From: an uncultured archaeon
GTDB lineage: Archaea; Asgardarchaeota; Jordiarchaeia; Jordiarchaeales; Jordiarchaeaceae
Assembly (NCBI GenBank): GCA_964510585.1
Contig: CAZECW010000094.1
Location: forward strand, 1-30,514
Direction: 5' to 3'
Length of the DNA: 30,514 bases
The notes beneath the pieces were generated by a model. It saw nothing but the letters and a program-made list of their open reading frames with translations. It ran no database searches and had not been told where the DNA came from. The stretch's first letter is position 1, and each line of letters begins with the position of its first letter. The translations under genes were made by a program, and so were the position numbers. Positions 26,868 through 30,514 of this stretch are shown one piece after another.

Positions 26868-27902
26868 TTACTTTATTCTTTTAATCTCTTCCCTTACAAT
26901 ATTTGAAAACTCTTCAGGGGTGGGAACAGTTCTTCCATATTTTAGTTCGCCGTTTACTATCACTGCAGGAATCTGGGACTTTTTAGCAGCTTCTATTAAC
27001 CCGTTTGTAACAGTGACACCGGGAGGTAGACCTCTCCCCCTTCTCCATATCCTTAACTCAATTTCTTCTTCGTTCCCAGACATTTTTATTCCCTCCTTCA
27101 CATTTTTTTCTATCTGGGAACACATTTTAGTGGGGGGAGAAGCAGTCAAAACCTCTATGAGAAGTTTACCATAAGCTAGAGGTGGAGAAAACTCCAAATT
27201 CCACCTTGGAGACTGATACTTAGTTTTCAAAACCCGTTCAAAAGTTTTATTCTCTAAATCTGTCAAGCTTCCCTCAATAAGGGTGGCTCCAAATTTTTCC
27301 CTTATTCTACTTGAGGCTTCCTCTATAAACTCTCTAACAGTTTTTTTGCTTGATGAGAGCCGTGTTAGACTGGATACCTTTTTGGGGAGGATACCCGCAG
27401 AGTTGGCAAAATCCACGTCGACATCCAAGTAAACGACGCCCTGAAAAACTAATATATCATAGTACCAAAACTGTGAAACTTGAGAGGTTACCACATCATC
27501 TACGAATAGGTAAGATGTATTATCAAAGGCACATTTTACGCCAAAATTTTCTATTGTTTCGATTATTGGAGAGTAAACCAGCCGGTACAAATCATTTAAC
27601 TCTCTTGGAAAAAGAGGATCACGTGTATCAAGGATGAAGCCAAATAGTAATGAACCTTCATCAGCGTAGAATGTTGGTCCATCAGTAACCCTCCTAATAA
27701 TTCGGACGTTTTTCTCTTTGAGGAAACTCATCTGGTCTTGGTTCAACCGCAGGTTTCCTAAAACTATGGAGGGAGGGCTTCTCCAAAAATGTACTGTGTT
27801 GGGTGCATCTCCACCCTTGACGTGGAGCATGATGGTTTCATCTAAAGCCCACCCCAAGCTTGGCTCAACAAGGTCTTGGATAAAAATTCTTAGTTCCTTA
27901 AT
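26868..27902 (-). CDS. Degenerate lipoate-ligase domain fused to C-terminal thioredoxin-like domain (paralog of 10213..11250)
   Basis: ALDETIM, TVHFWR, IRRVTDGP and VVTSQVSQ..FQG (no catalytic Lys), with PPTKMCSQIE...IPAVIVNG..PT. ATT 27902 (SD GGAGGT, 1 nt after the upstream stop) fits the paralog alignment. The alternative ATGs at 27953/27977 overlap the upstream gene. Confidence 0.8.
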   Translation of the reverse strand: MKELRIFIQDLVEPSLGWALDETIMLHVKGGDAPNTVHFWRSPPSIVLGNLRLNQDQMSFLKEKNVRIIRRVTDGPTFYADEGSLLFGFILDTRDPLFPRELNDLYRLVYSPIIETIENFGVKCAFDNTSYLFVDDVVTSQVSQFWYYDILVFQGVVYLDVDVDFANSAGILPKKVSSLTRLSSSKKTVREFIEEASSRIREKFGATLIEGSLTDLENKTFERVLKTKYQSPRWNLEFSPPLAYGKLLIEVLTASPPTKMCSQIEKNVKEGIKMSGNEEEIELRIWRRGRGLPPGVTVTNGLIEAAKKSQIPAVIVNGELKYGRTVPTPEEFSNIVREEIKRIK

Positions 27903-27903
27903 T

Positions 27904-28599
27904 TTAGTGACCTCCCTTATAATATACACATTTATCCTTTTTACATTCTTCATTGTTGGAAGAAAAGGGACACCCATCGAAATTTGAGGGTAATTTGATT
28001 TGAAAATTTTTTTCTAAAAAGTCTACGGCGCTTTTTAACGAGGCATAAACGCTGGCTTTGCAGCATCTTGGACCTCCCAACTTTGAGATAGAGAGTAGTG
28101 ATTCACCACTGGCATCCAAAGACTGCGTCCTTTCAGTGTCAGACTTGTAAGTTGCTCCCGTTAGAACGCTCATGGCAATTCCAACACCTGCCCCAGCTCC
28201 GCAAATCCCCCAGGATCCGCAAGTACCATAAGGTATCATTTTCCCCCTCTTAATGGCAATTCTAATTGCTCTGGATGGCAATTCGTGCCCTACATTTTTT
28301 ATTGTGGTTAATAGTACAGCGGGAACAAGGTAGTGATGGATGGGAGAATGCATGGGTATTGCGGGATGCTTCATTATTAGGTTAGCTAGTTCGTATGGGT
28401 TTTTTATTTCACTTCTCTCACAGGTTTTTAAAACTAATTCTTCTGGGAGAGCTAGTCTACAGTTCTCGCACACAAAGTGGTGGTCATCGCAAGTATAGTC
28501 TGCAACTGAAACCTCCTTACAATATATGCACCTTAGCTCTTCAGAAGTTGGGTGAAGAACTTTATTGCAAATATTGCAGTAGAAAACCTCGTTTTCCAA
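27904..28599 (-). CDS. DUF5714-like Cys-rich protein with N-terminal zinc-finger-like domain
   Basis: CNIC, CIYC, C..HHFVCENC, HSPIHHYLVPAVLL, GTCGSWGICGAG, GGPRCCK and CPFS..N.EC....C motifs. Confidence 0.75.
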   Translation of the reverse strand: MENEVFYCNICNKVLHPTSEELRCIYCKEVSVADYTCDDHHFVCENCRLALPEELVLKTCERSEIKNPYELANLIMKHPAIPMHSPIHHYLVPAVLLTTIKNVGHELPSRAIRIAIKRGKMIPYGTCGSWGICGAGAGVGIAMSVLTGATYKSDTERTQSLDASGESLLSISKLGGPRCCKASVYASLKSAVDFLEKNFQIKLPSNFDGCPFSSNNEECKKDKCVYYKGGH

Positions 28600-28748
28600 G
28601 AACAGCCCTCAACCGGTATGAATAATTTGTTGCCTTCTCCGAGTTACGGACTTGCTGGTTCATTGATGTGCTTCCACCCGTGAAGCAACCTGCAAAAGTC
28701 GCAGTCGAGTATTTTTTGAAAAAACATATAAAGGAGGAGGTTTGTGGC

Positions 28749-29009
28749 TCATGCTTTTAGAGCATTTTCTATTGCTTTTTCTAGGCTTTCTGGCTTAAAA
28801 AACTCTGGAAACACTTCGCTGCCGTTTACCACCAGCCCCTTACTGCCGATTTTGAATTTCCTAGCCTCATCTGAGAAAGAAGGCTTTACATCAAATTCCA
28901 CTTGGTCTCGGTACTTTGTCAGTACTGCAAATACGCGGTCCATGAATGCTGAGAATTGGCAGGCGCATGAACCCATAGGGATGAAAATATCTACTTTAAC
29001 TTTTGACAT
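28749..29009 (-). CDS. Small thioredoxin-fold-like protein with CxC motif
   Basis: KVKVDIFIPMGSCACQFSAFMDRV...GLVVNG. SD GGAGG. Confidence 0.78.
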   Translation of the reverse strand: MSKVKVDIFIPMGSCACQFSAFMDRVFAVLTKYRDQVEFDVKPSFSDEARKFKIGSKGLVVNGSEVFPEFFKPESLEKAIENALKA

Positions 29010-29136
29010 GGAATCATTCCTCCTATTTCTAGTCTTGTTCTGTTTTATTCACCTTTTTATTTTTGATTAAACTTGTGGTTTGACGCCCATTAACATGGTT
29101 TTCCTTGTATAGTATTAGTGTCGACGGCTTTTAAAT

Positions 29137-29156
29137 ATATCGACGTATAACAATAT
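29137..29156. promoter_or_regulatory. Putative ArsR-type operator
   Basis: ATATCG-ACGTATAA-CAATAT overlapping TTTAAATA, upstream of the CxC/DUF5714/ligase unit. Confidence 0.65.
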
Positions 29157-29225
29157 ATCAATAATCGCGTACAACACCAAAAAAATTCTAAAAGTGGAAA
29201 AAAGGAGCAAAACAAATAGAGAAAT

Positions 29226-29588
29226 TTAGAAAATGATTATGGCTTCGCCCTGTTTTAGAATTATTTTTACCAACTCTTCTTCTTCAATGGGAGTGATGCC
29301 TTTTATTATTCTTGCTTCAGGTATTCTTCTTTCCTGAAGAGATTTTTTGTGAACATATAATTCGGACTCGGGAAGAAGTGTATAGATTAAATCTTCCACG
29401 CTGGGCATAGATATTTTCTCTGGGTTTTGATTTGAAATTGTGGCATATACTCCATCGCCCATAAATAATATTGTGCATTTAAGCCCGCTGTTGAGGCATG
29501 CTACGGCTACATATAGTCCACTGAAACAGTCTTCAAAACCGTAGGGCGCTTTTGTGATGATTAGCAGTACCGTGTTAATTTTAATCAC
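29226..29588 (-). CDS. DsrE/DsrF-like family protein (DsrF/TusC-like)
   Basis: LLIITKAPYG, LFMGDGVY and LYVHKKSLQERRI motifs. Confidence 0.85.
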   Translation of the reverse strand: MIKINTVLLIITKAPYGFEDCFSGLYVAVACLNSGLKCTILFMGDGVYATISNQNPEKISMPSVEDLIYTLLPESELYVHKKSLQERRIPEARIIKGITPIEEEELVKIILKQGEAIIIF

Positions 29589-29592
29589 CTTC

Positions 29593-29976
29593 TTAAAGGG
29601 CTAATACCTTATCACTATTTTTGAGCCAGTAGCCCAAGTCACGCAGATTAGCTATGTGAACCCCACTAACATGTTGGCTGGTGGGATAAATTCCATCTTT
29701 CTCCTCCCCCTCAACATAACCCCTAGCTCCTGCACAACGCGAGCAGGATTTTATTTTTGCTCCCTTCTCAGCCAGTTCACTGAGTTTTTCACCAACATTG
29801 GGGAAATATTTTGGACTCTGCCCCTTTTTAGCAGAGTGAACTGCCTCCATATAAAGAAAAATGTTAACGTTGTAACCCTTCTCAAGAGCCTTCTCAGCTA
29901 TTAAGAGACCAATATCCACTCTTTGAGAAGCATAAGGACCATGATATAGAACTAAGGTCAATGTCTTGCCCATCAT
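29593..29976 (-). CDS. DsrE/TusD-like sulfurtransferase family protein
   Basis: VLYHGPY, VNIFLYMEAV and KSCSRCAGARG (conserved Cys). Confidence 0.87.
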   Translation of the reverse strand: MMGKTLTLVLYHGPYASQRVDIGLLIAEKALEKGYNVNIFLYMEAVHSAKKGQSPKYFPNVGEKLSELAEKGAKIKSCSRCAGARGYVEGEEKDGIYPTSQHVSGVHIANLRDLGYWLKNSDKVLAL

Positions 29977-29982
29977 AATCAC

Positions 29983-30324
29983 CTAGAAGCATAAAATTCT
30001 ATCAGCACTTTCCATAATATCAACTACCATCTTTTCAACCAAGTTATATTGACATTTTACCCGTTTTGTAAGTAAATCCTCCTGAATCCCCCGTGCCTCC
30101 AAATCCTCCTTACTCGCAAAAACTTGAATGTGCTCAGAATCAATAGTTTCTAGATTCATTCCTCTCATTCCACAGTATACTCCATCACCAATCAAGTACA
30201 CTGTGACACTAGCATCAGTTCTAATAATTTCACTTATTAAGTCGAATGCTTTCTCTACCCGCTCCGAAATTGGAGGATCCATTATGATAGAAACAACTTT
30301 CAACAAGACACTACCACCACACAC
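29983..30324 (-). CDS. DsrH/TusB-like protein
   Basis: VYLIGDGVY and FASKEDLEARGI. The start is probably TTG 30303 or 30306. Confidence 0.75.
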   Translation of the reverse strand: MCGGSVLLKVVSIIMDPPISERVEKAFDLISEIIRTDASVTVYLIGDGVYCGMRGMNLETIDSEHIQVFASKEDLEARGIQEDLLTKRVKCQYNLVEKMVVDIMESADRILCF

Positions 30325-30514
30325 TTAACTGTTCAACTTCTTTTATCCTTATTCCAACAACTCTAAAAATATCTAAACTAACTTGCTTTATGCTCCTCTT
30401 TTCTGACTTTAGGGCCACCTATACTGTGGAAATTCAACGAAGATTGAATATGTATGTAAATATTATAATATTTCGATAATTTTATAAAAATTTTAGGTTC
30501 TAAATAGTATAGAG

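Noticed and set aside
28600-28750. Selenocysteine read-through at TGA codons flanking the CxC and DUF5714 genes, and small hairpins at about 28670-28700
   Set aside because: Read-through gives no family-like sequence and meets further stops. The TGA positions do not correspond to conserved Cys, and no convincing SECIS is visible.
73-30328. Numerous antisense and nested ORFs in the ORF track (e.g. 1350..1805, 3079..3432, 7015..7548, 21622..22089, 25922..26386, 13406..13738)
   Set aside because: They are shadows of well-supported genes on the opposite strand or in another frame, with no motifs of their own.
1-30514. CRISPR arrays, tRNA or rRNA genes
   Set aside because: No regularly spaced direct repeats, cloverleaf or rRNA-like conserved sequence was seen by eye.

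Overview
Archaeal DNA of fairly low GC, with TTTAAATA TATA boxes, GGAGG/GGTGA Shine-Dalgarno motifs and frequent TTG/GTG starts. The lineage cannot be fixed from this window. 1-4.1 kb: two NifB/NifX-family genes (the first split by an IS200/IS605-derived miniature element), Mrp/NBP35, DUF134, a metallo-beta-lactamase-fold protein and a convergent radical SAM gene. 4.3-7.7 kb: a decayed vapBC pair, an IS-end remnant, and an HTH regulator/ABC-2 exporter operon with a perfect palindromic operator. 8-30.3 kb is the main signal, an apparent arsenic/thiol-stress island. It contains acr3, two ArsR repressors and six DGC-domain (Cys4) proteins, one of them fused to a GcvH lipoyl carrier with an intact lipoyl-Lys. 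It also has one complete lipoate ligase, two ligase-like proteins that lack the catalytic Lys and carry a C-terminal thioredoxin-like domain, and two small CxC thioredoxin-like proteins. Further members are a stand-alone HdrA N-terminal-like domain with a ferredoxin, DUF5714, a DsrE/F/H-like trio, a TauE exporter, a radical SAM-SPASM plus B12-radical SAM pair and an unannotated 52-aa Cys-rich protein. An ATAT(C/T)G-N8-CAATAT inverted repeat recurs in nine intergenic positions and ties most of these units into one putative regulon. All family assignments come from motif recognition by eye; no database searches were run. No rRNA, tRNA or CRISPR array was seen.
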